Source: Macrostomum lignano
Lineage: Eukaryota
NCBI GenBank assembly: GCA_002269645.1
Contig: NIVC01000269.1
Span: forward strand, 310,001 to 374,000
Direction of reading: 5' to 3'
DNA length: 64,000 nucleotides
In this document: piece after piece, positions 12,083-23,572 of the stretch
Layout of the letters: every line of letters starts with the position of its first letter
Position numbering within the stretch: position 1 is the first letter of the stretch
Notes under the pieces: generated by a model
What the model was told of the DNA's origin: nothing
Seen by the model: the letters and a program-made list of their open reading frames with translations, nothing else
Database searches by the model: none
Translations under genes and position numbers: made by a program

Positions 12083-15000
12083 TGTCATGAGCAGAGATAG
12101 TAATAGGGCACAGTGTACGCTGTGTACCTCTGGGTGGCGTGTGTACATTGAGGGGAGTTGTCGCAAATAGCAAATGAGATAAATATACATACGCGTCTCG
12201 GCTTGTAAGCCGGCACTTTTGCTAGTATTGACAACTTTGCGTTCTCAAGTCTTCACATTGGTGGCAGCGTATTATGTCCAGTGACGAGTCGTCCCCTGCG
12301 CTACGCCAGTCGCGTGAGTGCAGGCTGAATCGCAGTTTTGGTGAAGACGTGTCCCTGCCAGCTTGGATTGCGTTCCGAGAGCATGTGGGCCTAGTCATTA
12401 AGGCCAACACTATGGGTGGACACAAGCTATAGAGTGACCCAGATTTTGTAGCGGTGCAAATCCGGCTGCAGCTGAAGGGGTAGATCGAGCTACTGGTGCT
12501 GCAGGCAGCGTCGGCGAAAGAGCCTTGGGTCGATAATAGTGATGAGCTGCTCAAAAAAACTGGCGGAGCGCTACGAGACGGGACAAGGCGTGGAGGTGGC
12601 CATCCAGATTTTCGAGAGTGCTAGGCAGCTGAATACTGAGACTTTGGAGAATTTTTGACTCGGCTTCGGCAGTTGGGAGCGTGTGCTTTCCAGCACGATT
12701 CGGCAGACACGTTGAGGTCCCGCGTTCTGTGGAAGTTCATATCGAATATCCAAAATGCAGAAGTACGCAAGAATGTGCTTCGTCAGGGCTGGATGCAGTC
12801 AGACGGACAAGCGGCAAAGCCCTACGACGAAGTTTTGAAGGTGGCCAAAGCAGCAGAAGCGATGCGGTGCGGGTCGGTTGTGGTGTTGAAGTGGCGGAAC
12901 CGTCCGGCATTGTGACTGCAGTTGAAGCCCTTACGCAGAAGGTCAACAGCTTGACTGGCCGCAATGGACAGCGCCCAACGGCGGCGCGGGCGACGGATGA
13001 ATGACTGCTGGTACTGCCGCCGCACCCATCGCGGGGGATGGCAAAAGTGCTTCAAGCGGCTGAGGGAGAATCCAAGCTGGCGGCCGGCATCGGCACCTGG
13101 GAGAGCGAATGCGGTAAGTGCAGAGGGGATGTCTGGGGTTCACATCAATGGTTTTTTAACGATGTTGGGGCATGCACGCACGATTCTTCGTTTGTCCGGT
13201 TTGAGAGCTCACCCGGCCGGAGCATGAGTCGGAGCCCGTACGCGGACATCCGCATGGGCAATAGGTCGGTGATAAGCTTAATTGACACGGGGGCCGACTA
13301 CAGCATCATTAGTGAAGAGCTGAGCAAGCAGTTGGGGGCACAATTAGTACACTACTTGCCACAGACATCGTTGCAGAGTGTGAACGGAGGACTGTGACGC
13401 CAGCAAGAACGCTACCATGGCGCTCCTGGCGCAGAGGCTCTCCGATGGTACCTTGGATCCGATAGGTTTTTATCATCAAACTCTGAATAAGGCGGAGCAG
13501 AATTACTGCACGACGGATCGGGAGCTCCTTGCTATCGTGAAGGCTGTCAAACGTTTCCGGGTGTATTTGGTCGGTAAACCGTTTGATCTTATCTCAGACC
13601 ATCGACCGCTGACCTACCTGCACAATTTAGACATACAAGATCCTCATGGCAGACGCGGTCGCTGGTACAGCTACTTCAGGGCTATGATTTTAATCCCATC
13701 TACAAGGAGGGCAGGAGCTCGGAGCTGAGCAGACTTTCTGGGGTCGACAGTAATGGGCAGGTGCGACGTGGGGGTACTCCCGGGACAGCGCACGCGGCTG
13801 GCGTGCTTGCAGTACAGTGAGAACCGGCGCAGATTGCCCAGGAGCAAGCCAATGATCCGGAGCTTGCCAAGCTCTGTGAAGAGGCCCGGAGAGGCGCCAT
13901 GCCGCAGAAGTTTGAGGTGGGCGCCGATGGAGTCCTCCGTGACCTTAACTTCAACGGGCGTAGTTGCGTGGAAAACAAGTTTGGTCGGGTGCTACAGAAA
14001 CTTGTGGTGGTACCAGTTAATCGGCGAGAAGAGCTGTTGCGGGTCTTACATGACCACGAGTTGAGTGGGCACATGGGTGTCACTCGTACGTGGCACCACT
14101 TGCGGTCTCTAGCTTGGTGGCCACGGATGAAGAACGATGTAGAGGAGTATATTCGGTCGTGCGATTTTTGTCAGCGCTTTAAGAGACCGAAGCATCCAGA
14201 AGTGCCACCGTGGCAGCCAACAGACGTTCCTTCTCGCCCATTAGAGAAGCTTTAAGTGGACTTTCGCGGGCTGTTGCCAACGGCGGTCGATGGCAGTCGC
14301 TATTTTTTGGCGATTCGTGGGATGTCTTCTCGACGTATTCCGTGTTAGTACCGACCGCAGACTGCACGGCAGCCGCCGCGGTCAGTGCCATTGTTGACGG
14401 CTGGCTTCCGACGTTTGGGGTGGGGTCCCTAACGTCATTCAGTCAGACAGAGGGACTCACTTCACGAGCAGCGTCTTCGAGCAGATGTAGGCCGAGCTGG
14501 GAGTGCGGCAGGTGCTCAGCTCCCCCGAGCATCCGGAGTCCCAAGGTCAGATAGAACGGCAAAATCAGCTGTTAGATAGCGTGCGAATGTTGGTTGACTT
14601 GGATAGGGCTGCGTGGCCTCAGAAGTTTGCACATAACTCTGCGCCGAATCAGACGACTGGGTTCAGTCCGCACGAGATTTTGTTCGGTACCCCAGCCTTT
14701 CGGCCCGAAAACGTCTTGATGCAGCGGTTGACGAGAAAGGAGAAGGAGGGGAAGGCACCCGCATGCAGCAACACGGTCGTGCTCCTCCAAAAGTTGCGCT
14801 CCCAAATGAAAGTTGCCGATTTTGTGCGCCGGCAGATTCTAAAGGGCCAGTCTGACAGGCATGAGCGCCAAAATGCCACGGCGGAGCCCTTTGGGGCTTT
14901 GGGACAGTTGGTTCGGAAGCGCGGAAAGGGGGCGTACGGGAAGAAAGCTTGCTGCGTTCAAGTCGAAGAGCAAGAGATCTGAGAAAAGGAGAGTGCGACA

Positions 15001-15608
15001 GCCTCAGCGATTCTCACCGTGCGAGCGTCCCCAAGATCGTCATCTGTTTCGGAATCCAGGTGGTGGCCGGCCGGAACGGGTGGACATATCGTCTCACACC
15101 AGAGGGAGGCGACGCGTGATATTCCGGCACCACAACCGCTTAGAGCGGGCGCCAAAGATCAGTCGGTTTCATTCACAGACATAGTTGACAGTACCGGAAG
15201 GGGTCGAAAAGGGGAAGCCACACAGGAACACGCACCGAGCTCAGACATAGACACAAGTGATTCCGAAACAGATGACGATCTTGGGGACGCTCGCACGGTG
15301 AGAATCGCTGAGGCTGTCGCACTCTCCTTTCTCAGATCTCTGGTGGAGCCGACGGATCGGCCAACAACGCCAGCTACTTCAAGGGAACCGATCGGGACCA
15401 AGCGGTACCACGAGGCGCCCCCCGGCATCGGATATTGATTGACAGTATCCGAATTTCCCGGTTTCGGTGACCGACTTGGCAATGCAAGCATATACATGTA
15501 ATACTGAAATGAAATTTCGAGTCTTTTTTCGAGGGGAGGAGTGTCATGAGCAGAGAGAGTAACAGGGCACAGTGTACGCTGTGTACCTCTGGGTGGCGAG
15601 TGTACATT
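12083..15608 (+). mobile_element. Gypsy/Ty3 LTR retrotransposon, degenerate, RT deleted, 3' LTR truncated
   Basis: 5' LTR 12083-12257 (TG...CA). PBS TGGTGGCAGCG at 12259-12269, tRNA-Leu-like. Disrupted gag. Protease LIDTGADYSII. RNase H AEQNYCTTDRELLAIV...SDHRPL. Integrase HHCC (HDHELSGHMG...CDFCQ) and core. Purine tract at about 15531-15541. 3' LTR 15542-15608 has 3 mismatches in 67 bp versus the 5' LTR. Confidence 0.93.
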
Positions 15609-15613
15609 ATAAC

Positions 15614-15803
15614 ATTAACATAGAATTTTGCAGTTCTCAATGTGGAATTTTAAGGCGCGCAAGGAACTGCAGCGTTCCTGCTACTTTCATAGCATGAGCA
15701 GGAGGGCTCACCTTCACTCGTCTGTTAACTTTGTTTTCTCTCTCTCTCTCTCTCAAGCGCCCGAAAAATTCCGCATTGACAACTAGCAAAATTCTATGTC
15801 AAT
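15614..15803. mobile_element. About 190-bp MITE-like element with about 46-bp imperfect TIRs
   Basis: ATTAACATAGAATTTTGC-AGTTCTCAATGTGGAATTTTAAGGCGC aligns with the reverse complement of 15757-15803. Starts 5 bp after the LTR homology stops. Confidence 0.65.
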
Positions 15804-16030
15804 AAGATTGTCATTAACTTAATCAATGCAAGAAATTTGCGGGTAACAATGTTAGAGATAGGCAGGAAGTTGAGAAAGTCTATGGTCGAAGGCTATTTTT
15901 TCGGTGGATGGGCAAATCTTTGTGCCATAGACTAAACACTCGGATTAATCGAGAGGACGGGGCTATGGAGCCGCGTTTTGAAGCAACGATTCTAGAAATT
16001 TCTGTCTGTCGAATCAACTACTGACTAAGA

Positions 16031-16536
16031 ATGTTGAACTATGCGAATCTGCCCGACCAAATTATCAGTGGTCTGTCAACAGAGGAGTTAAATTGGGTGT
16101 CGTCAGAGTCAGCAACCCGCTATTTGGAAGAATTGAGTGGCGAGTTCGCTCGACAACTAGACGCTGAAGAGATTCAGGACCTAAGCGAAGATGCGCTGGA
16201 GGAACTTAAAGAAATTGAACGAGAACGAATCCCGAAGTCCTCTGAAAGACAGATGGCGGACGCTGTGAGGAGGTTTCAAACGTTTTTGACCGATAAGCAA
16301 TTGTCATCAGGTCTGATGCGAGTACAGCTCCTACTATTTTGAACAACTATCTGCCTTTCTTCTATTCAACGCTAAGGACCCAGGATGGCCTGTTCTATGC
16401 GCCTCCAACACTGATTTGCATTCGAGCCGGACTCTGTAGGTTCTTCAATCTCAACCGTCCAGGAGTAAACATTATCGGAGATCCCGTGTTTACCGCTGCC
16501 AATCGGACGCTAGTGTCCATGGTCCAAAAATACAAG
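16031..16536 (+). pseudogene. Crypton-A/DUF3504-like (KCTD1/QRICH1/ZMYM-type) fragment with one frameshift
   Basis: RIPKSSERQMADAVRRFQTFL, then after a frameshift at about 16312 LNNYLPFFYSTLRTQDGLFYAPPTLICIRAGLCRFF...NIIGDPVFTAANRTL, followed by a GTAAGT donor at 16537. Family match is by recalled motif similarity. Confidence 0.6.
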
Positions 16537-16759
16537 GTAAGTAGTAGCTTGGAAAAATTAAAACGTCGTCTGATTGAATGAACTAAAATAACAAGCCGAA
16601 AATTGTTGCGTTACTGTTACGAAATTATAAAAGTACGAAAGCGTAGAAGAAAACTAAATCATAATAATCCTATAAACGTATAATTTCTTTTAAAATATAA
16701 AAGCATACTTGGTTGGAACTTGTTTTACCATAGACTACGAAAATTCGAGACGAAATTTC

Positions 16760-18300
16760 ATTCATTGATACCCCGAAAAGGGACACTTGAGCTAAGAAAA
16801 GTTAATGACAATAAGGGGGGTTGTCGCAAATACATGTGATGGGTTTCGGCCTTTTCGGCCCCATTCGGGAAGCCTTCGGGCCTCAGGTCTCAGAAATAAA
16901 TCAATTAGAGTCCTGGCCCCCACTCCTGTCAGATGGTCAGCCCCATGGTAGCTTGATCGTGTGGCGAGCAGTCTAGGTTCTATAGCTAAGAGAGGGACAG
17001 CGAGAGACAAGCAGGGAGAATTTTGAAGGTAGAGATCAGCTAATCCGCAGATTAACTAACCCGCTGCCACCAGCCCGCGCGTCCTGGCTCACCAAACCGG
17101 AACTTTCGAAATCGGGCTTCCGACTAGAAGGGGCCAACTAGTGTCTTTTGCTGTCAATCTCGAAGTCATAGCCGATGTTAAGGGACACTGCTGGGACTTG
17201 ATCGCATTGGCCATGCAGGTACAGAGGGGACTTGTGCATGGGATTCTTGCAGTGGCGAGACTCTGGGGTAGCTACATGTACTATTACATTGCTAAATACG
17301 AGAAATGTACTTTTGGCCTTCAACGCGCAAATCAGCCTCTCCTAGCGCTGATGATAGGCTAACTCGAACATCAGAGACCGCATGATTCATTACCCGAGCC
17401 GCTTGGCAAACCTAGAGTGCACAGAGTACATTTCTAGCGCCGATTTTGCACTATTGGCAATTTTGCTCACTGATTTGATAGATTGATCGACTGAGAACCG
17501 CTTTGCCATTGGTCCACTGTAACCGGCGCCTACTAGCTTAGCTACTCATGCATCTGAGCCATCGGCGAACAAAGAAATAAAACCCATAAAAATAACTGTC
17601 AGATTTAACCTTCTCCTTGATTCACTTCACACCTCAGATTGAATTGGAGCTTCAGACTACTAACAGTATTATTGAATGATTTCTGCCTCAATGACAGCGC
17701 TGCTGAACAAAATGAGCAAAACTGTGCGCCTAATCTGGCCAGCTACTGAAATAGGGGACAGATAGGGAATCACCCAATCAAGCAAGTCTAGGTAGCCTCT
17801 CACCCAACCAATAAACTCAACAGCCGGAGACCAGGTAATCCACAGTGACCGAATCGGCTTAGTGCTTCGCAACTGTAGGCCCGGGATGATGCTGATGTCA
17901 CAATCTTTGCAGATAGCTAGCAGGTGATGTTCTTAATCTTGATGTTCGCTGCTGACGACCGGGGGGGATTCGTCCTTGATGATGATGGGGGGAGTCGCGA
18001 TCCGGGGATCAAGAGACGACGGTCGAGCTCCGGGAGGTCTAAGTTAGGCGATAAAGTCCCAGAAGGCGGAGCAGGAAGTTGAAGTCCGAGCAGGCCAAAA
18101 ACACCGGTTTAAATAGCCGCCAACTGGACCGCAATTTGTTATAATGGAACACCTCGACGCTGATTGGCTGAGCCGATTTGTTAAACTGAGCGTCGAATTT
18201 TCTGATTGGCTGAGCTTGTTGCCACCCAAACTTACGTGACCAGAAGATCCTATCAGTTCCCCCAAGGCCATAAAAATACGACAGGTGCGGTCAGGAATCA
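16760..18300 (-). mobile_element. Highly decayed CR1/L2-like LINE remnant (AP-endonuclease region plus 3' end)
   Basis: Minus-strand fragments resembling APE motifs (LVVxxSxN, GDFN-like, SDH-like) and an RT C-terminal 'TIKLxWxxLP' trace. 3' hairpin GTGTCCCTTTTCGGGGTAT followed by an (AATG)-type tail at about 16790-16760. Many stops. Confidence 0.35.
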
Positions 18301-20828
18301 CTCAAAATCGCTACATAATGATTTATGACCTTTCGCGTAGGAATGACAAAAATTAATGAAAAAATATTGTACATTAGAAAGCTCTTAATAAATAGAAAGT
18401 AAAGATAACGAAGAGAAATCGCTAATCGCTAATCCGGCCAACGTTTCAGGGGTAAAACTCATAGCTGTCAAAGCTGTCACACTGCACGCTTGAGTAAACA
18501 CGAACAATAGGCCCTGACCTCATAAATCTTGATGTCAAAATGATGAGAAAAAAGGCTACCGCCCGCATCCTCTCAGACCAACGGCGCCAGTCTCAGCATT
18601 GAGTGAGGCGCATGCAGGTGGCTGTCAGGCCAGCTCGAGAGCATGATTTATGACCCAAAAGCCACACCTATACGTTATTATAACTACAAGTATGTTAAAA
18701 TCAGATAACTAGTATGAATTCTAGGAAAATTACATGAAGAGAAGAAAAAATGCCCAGAGCCTGTTGTTAGTAGGCAAGTGAGTTTGGAGCCTATGTGCGA
18801 GCGTGTGAAGTTTAGAAAAAAGTGCGTCCTCATCACATGTAAGATAAATATACGCGTCTTGCGGTCGGCTTGTCGCGCGGTCCCCTTTTTTACTCTTTCT
18901 GTTTTCGTTGTTTTTGTATTGTATCATCTACCACTTTTTCTGACTCACTCCTTTGCATTTTCGTTTTTTGAGGGGGAGTTTTTGTGGCTTTAATTCACTG
19001 TACCTTGCATTTACATGGCCGTCTTTCCCTTCCCCGGCCAGATCGAATTGGGCAGCCTGGTATTGCGCATGCAAAAATATAGCTGGTCAAACCATTTGCA
19101 GACAGTCGCTTTTAACTACAGTCCACTGAACTTAATACTTAACACGTACCGGAATCATAAATTGGACAGTCGAATTAAGTGTTTAAACAATTTTTTATCG
19201 ATAAGTTTGAATCAATTGAGTTTAAAACTCTCTGAATTTTAATATAACTAGCTTTTATTTAATTAATGAACAGAGAACCTAAAAATGTACATGATTTGTT
19301 CAAAATTGTCAATCGTTTTGCCGAAATCACAGCACTTTAAACAGTGTGGTAGTGCGTCTACCAACTGAGAGAGTGAAGTTGATCAAACTGGAAAATTTTG
19401 CCTCTCCACGCTATGCCCCAATTACTGCCCCAAACAATCTAAATATACTAAATGTAATTCTAATTCTCCTTAATAATCTTTTCAATACGTTTTGCGTTAC
19501 AGCCAGCAAAGGATTTCGGTGGTGGCTAACATTTTCCATCCACTGAATCCATGGGTGCCCCGCCCTATGGCGAGAAAATCTTGTTATTTATACCGTGTTG
19601 TCTGGTGCTTGTTTTCCATGCTCTCCTCGCCTTTCCTTTACTACTTTTCTTTCTGTTTGCTGTTTAGCTCTTTGCGTTAACTTTATTAATATTTTACTCA
19701 GCACCCGCTACGCCAGACTCATCAGTCGATAGGTCATCTCATTAATTCTTTCACACTAGCTATTATCTTGTATTAATATTAATTGCCGACAATAATAAAG
19801 AAACAGCAATATTAATAAGTTATCATTCGTTCATTAAGCCCATAGCTTTATATTAAGTTATTTGCCTGTGGGGCATAAAACGGTCACCGATCACTTCGGC
19901 GACAGGTCACTTCGGCGACAGTCACTTCGGCGACAAGTCATTTCGGCGACAGTCATTTCGGCGACACATTTGGATCACTTCGGCGACAGACATATATGGA
20001 ATAAGCAGTGATAGGGCCCTACCCTGGTAGCGCTTAAAATAAAAAAGCAATTGCAGTTAAAAACGAATGCAAGAATAACAAATTTATAGCACCAAGTTTT
20101 TTTACGCATTATAATAGAAAGCATTGCAATTATCCCCTTTTCCCTCTATATATATATCTCTCACACTCGCTCTCTCTCTCTCTTTCTCTCCCCCGCTCCC
20201 CTCTCTCTCATAGCACAGTGCTAATCCTAGTAATAATATCAATATATCGCTTACGTGTATATATAATATCGCTGTACTGTACTCGTATATTCAATAATGC
20301 GCCTCCATGTGTGCATAGTCGTTTTTAATAGCACATCTCTCATCGGATTCATACATTCATTTTAAAATGCAATGCATAGTTCAGCCTACCCACACGTTAT
20401 CACCTCGCTCTATCTCTTTCACACCTCGAGCACGCTGTGCTCACACACACATACTGGTGTGTACTGGCCTGTGTTTATTAGGGCCTAGTGGTCATATTCG
20501 CGCGATCTCCCACTGCTTGGGATTACACCCAGAATTTATAAATACGACAATACATTAGTTATATATTGTAATGCAGGTTAACTTGCAAATCTGGGTATTA
20601 GTAGAATGGGAAAAGGCCATCCTCGGAATACATAAATACTAGTACGAGCTGCCTACATGGTACATGTAACTTTAACTGCGCTGCGATTTGACAACTTTTT
20701 ATTAGTAACAGCTGCAGTAAATCAGAATAATAGACTCTAACAGCTAGTAGTTGCTTAAGTGTATAAATAACACATACCATCTGAAGAGGATCAATACTTA
20801 TAATTTGTACTCGTATCTTAATTCGACA

Positions 20829-20953
20829 ATGCAAAGCGACACCCATAACTGCCCCGTTTGTTTTGAGCTTGTCTCCGTTCGACATCATGCTCTGCAATGC
20901 GACGCGTGCGACCATTGGTATCATCGGAAGTGTAACACAGGTGAGCGAAGTAC

Positions 20954-21029
<76 letters not shown>

Positions 21030-21064
21030 TTCTTTCTCTCTCTCTCTCTCTTTCTCTCTCTGTC

Positions 21065-21162
<98 letters not shown>

Positions 21163-22967
21163 ATCTCGCTCTTTGTCTCTCAGAGGACGATTATCGATCA
21201 TTGTTATTGATATTTAGCTAGTTTCTAACTGTCACACCCCACACTCTGCAACTCTTAATACATGTATATGATCTGTATTATATTTTTAGGAGTGTCTGCC
21301 GCTGAATATCGTCGTTTGTGTAAAGAGGACGAAGATTTCAGCTGGACTTGCAGCCTCTGCCGGCCAATAGAGCAGGCTGTGACAGTGCCTTCTTCCCCTG
21401 CCAAATATCCACACGTCAATGTTGTCGACGATGCAGCTGCAGCTGCTGCAGACGACCCGCCAACTGTTGCCGCAATCGCTCCAATTGCGAACACCCATGA
21501 AGGCGCAGCTGGTGCGACTACTGACCAGGGGCCGGGTGCCATGAGTTTTCAAAGTGATGAAGACACAGAGTCGATCAACATGAGTGATCCAGCTCCTCGA
21601 CTGGCCGTGGACGACAACTGCCCTGAGTTCGAGATTGTCGATTCTGGTTCCACTAAGCAGAAGGACATGCTTGTTGTCGATGGTGGCTACACATTTGTCG
21701 TCAGCCGTCGACGTGGCAGCAATACGTACTGGAGGTGCGCCAAACGCAACTCGCTTACTTACTGTCGTGCGACAGTAGTTCAGCGAGACGAGGCTTTCTC
21801 CAAGGGACCGATCCAGCATTGTCACCCTCCTGAGCATTCTCCAGCTGAAAGAGCTCGGCTTCGACAACAAGTAATCGGCCGTGCTGCTGCTAACTTGTTT
21901 GTCTCGGCAAATCAGGTCGCTCGTGAGGAGATTCTTCACAAAATGGATCAGTTCACTGTAAGCAACTTACATATGTACATTACCTTTATTACCATACCTT
22001 TGCATCTTGCCTCCTCTTCTCTCTCCACTCTCTCCTCTCTTTCTCTCCACCATCTCTCCCGTCTTCTGTACACTGTACCTCTAAAATCTCTTATTTTACT
22101 TCACACAGGCCGCACCAGCAGTACCAAACGCTGCAAATCTGGCGCAAGCGGCGAATCGTCAACGCCGGCAAGCTCGTCCAGATGAGCCATCTGATCTACA
22201 GTTCGAACTGGAGCAGAACGCCGTCCCAGAGGGATTCCTGCAAAAAGACATCCAGTCCGATGGTTATCGGCACATCATCTTCGCTACGCGAGAAATGCTG
22301 TCTCTCCTTGCCCGGGCCAAAGCCTGGTACATGGATGGCACATTTCGCGTGGTGCGACGTCCGTTCGTGCAACTGTACAGCATACACGCATTTGTTTCGA
22401 GCGCTGACAAAGCCAGCCGCAAGCAGGTTCCGCTTCTTTTCGTGCTTATGTCGGGGAGAAGGCGCAAAGACTACAAGAAGGTCCTACAAGCCATTATGGA
22501 GCTTATTCCTTTTGCAGCGTGAGTGTTTTTCATGCAGATGTATTTTGTACATGTACCTCCTACATGCGCATAAAAATATAAGCAACATGCATTTAATAAT
22601 TATTTACCTCCCTTTCCTTCCAGTCCGTCACGCTTCGTCCTGGACTACGAGGCGGCCATGTGGCGCGCCTTGCGCCAGGTCTTCCCTAATGGCCGAATCC
22701 AGGGATGCGTGTTCCACTACACGCAGGCGGTGTGGCGTCACGTACAGACTGTCGGACTGCAAGTTGCGTACGCCACTGACGATGGCACCCAACGCCTTTG
22801 CAGAAAGTTGATGGCACTGCCATTTTTGCCGAGTGCCGAGATTTCCAGGGCATTCTTCGAGCTTCGAGAAACGCTGGCGGCAAACGCTCCTCCACAGCTC
22901 ATCACTCTGTTTGACTATGTCCAGGTAAATTACACGTATTTTCATATGGTAGCTTGCACTTTCTCGA

Positions 22968-23049
<82 letters not shown>

Positions 23050-23064
23050 GTCTGTCTGCACTGT

Positions 23065-23163
<99 letters not shown>

Positions 23164-23572
23164 CTCTTTCCCTCTCCCTCTCTCTCCCCCTCACATACGC
23201 GCTTATGGAAACATTTTCTAATTTTTTCAGAGCACGTGGATACAGAGCACAATGTATTCGCCACGAGAGATCTCTGTCTACAAAAAAGCCACTCGAACTA
23301 ACAACGACGTTGAGGGCTTTCACAACCGCTTGAACAGTCGGGCTCAACGCGGTCAGCTCCAGTTCTACCTCCTGGTCAAGCTGCTGCACGACGAGGGCCG
23401 CATGGTCTCTATCGACTCGCGGTTGGTGTCTCAAGGTGCTCTGAGGCGGTTGCAGCGACGGAAGTATCGCCAGCGACAATCCAAATACTTTAAACTTTGG
23501 TCGGAATATCAAGCTGGAGACCGATCGATTCAGTCACTTCTGGAGGCTTGCAGCAAGCTGAATGGACCGTAA
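20829..23572 (+). CDS. PHD-FLYWCH-MULE DDE transposase, 5 exons, 610 aa
   Basis: Exons 20829-20940, 21290-21957, 22109-22518, 22624-22924 and 23231-23572; all GT-AG; 1833 nt with no internal stop. PHD C4HC3 (CPVC...CDAC...H..C...CSLC) is split by intron 1. FLYWCH (YTF...YWRC...C...H.H). Motifs WYMDGTF, LDYE, GCVFH and RTNNDVEG. Confidence 0.92.
20955..21160. repeat. (CT)n microsatellite in transposase intron 1
   Basis: Long near-pure CT run. Confidence 0.97.
22968..23190. repeat. (CTGT)n followed by (CT)n microsatellites in transposase intron 4
   Basis: Direct reading. Confidence 0.97.

Noticed and set aside
20751-21221. ORFs rich in SLSLSL / REREREE / DRQTDRQT (also 22628-23512, 22902-23301)
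   Set aside because: Read-through of (CT)n and (CTGT)n microsatellites in transposase introns.
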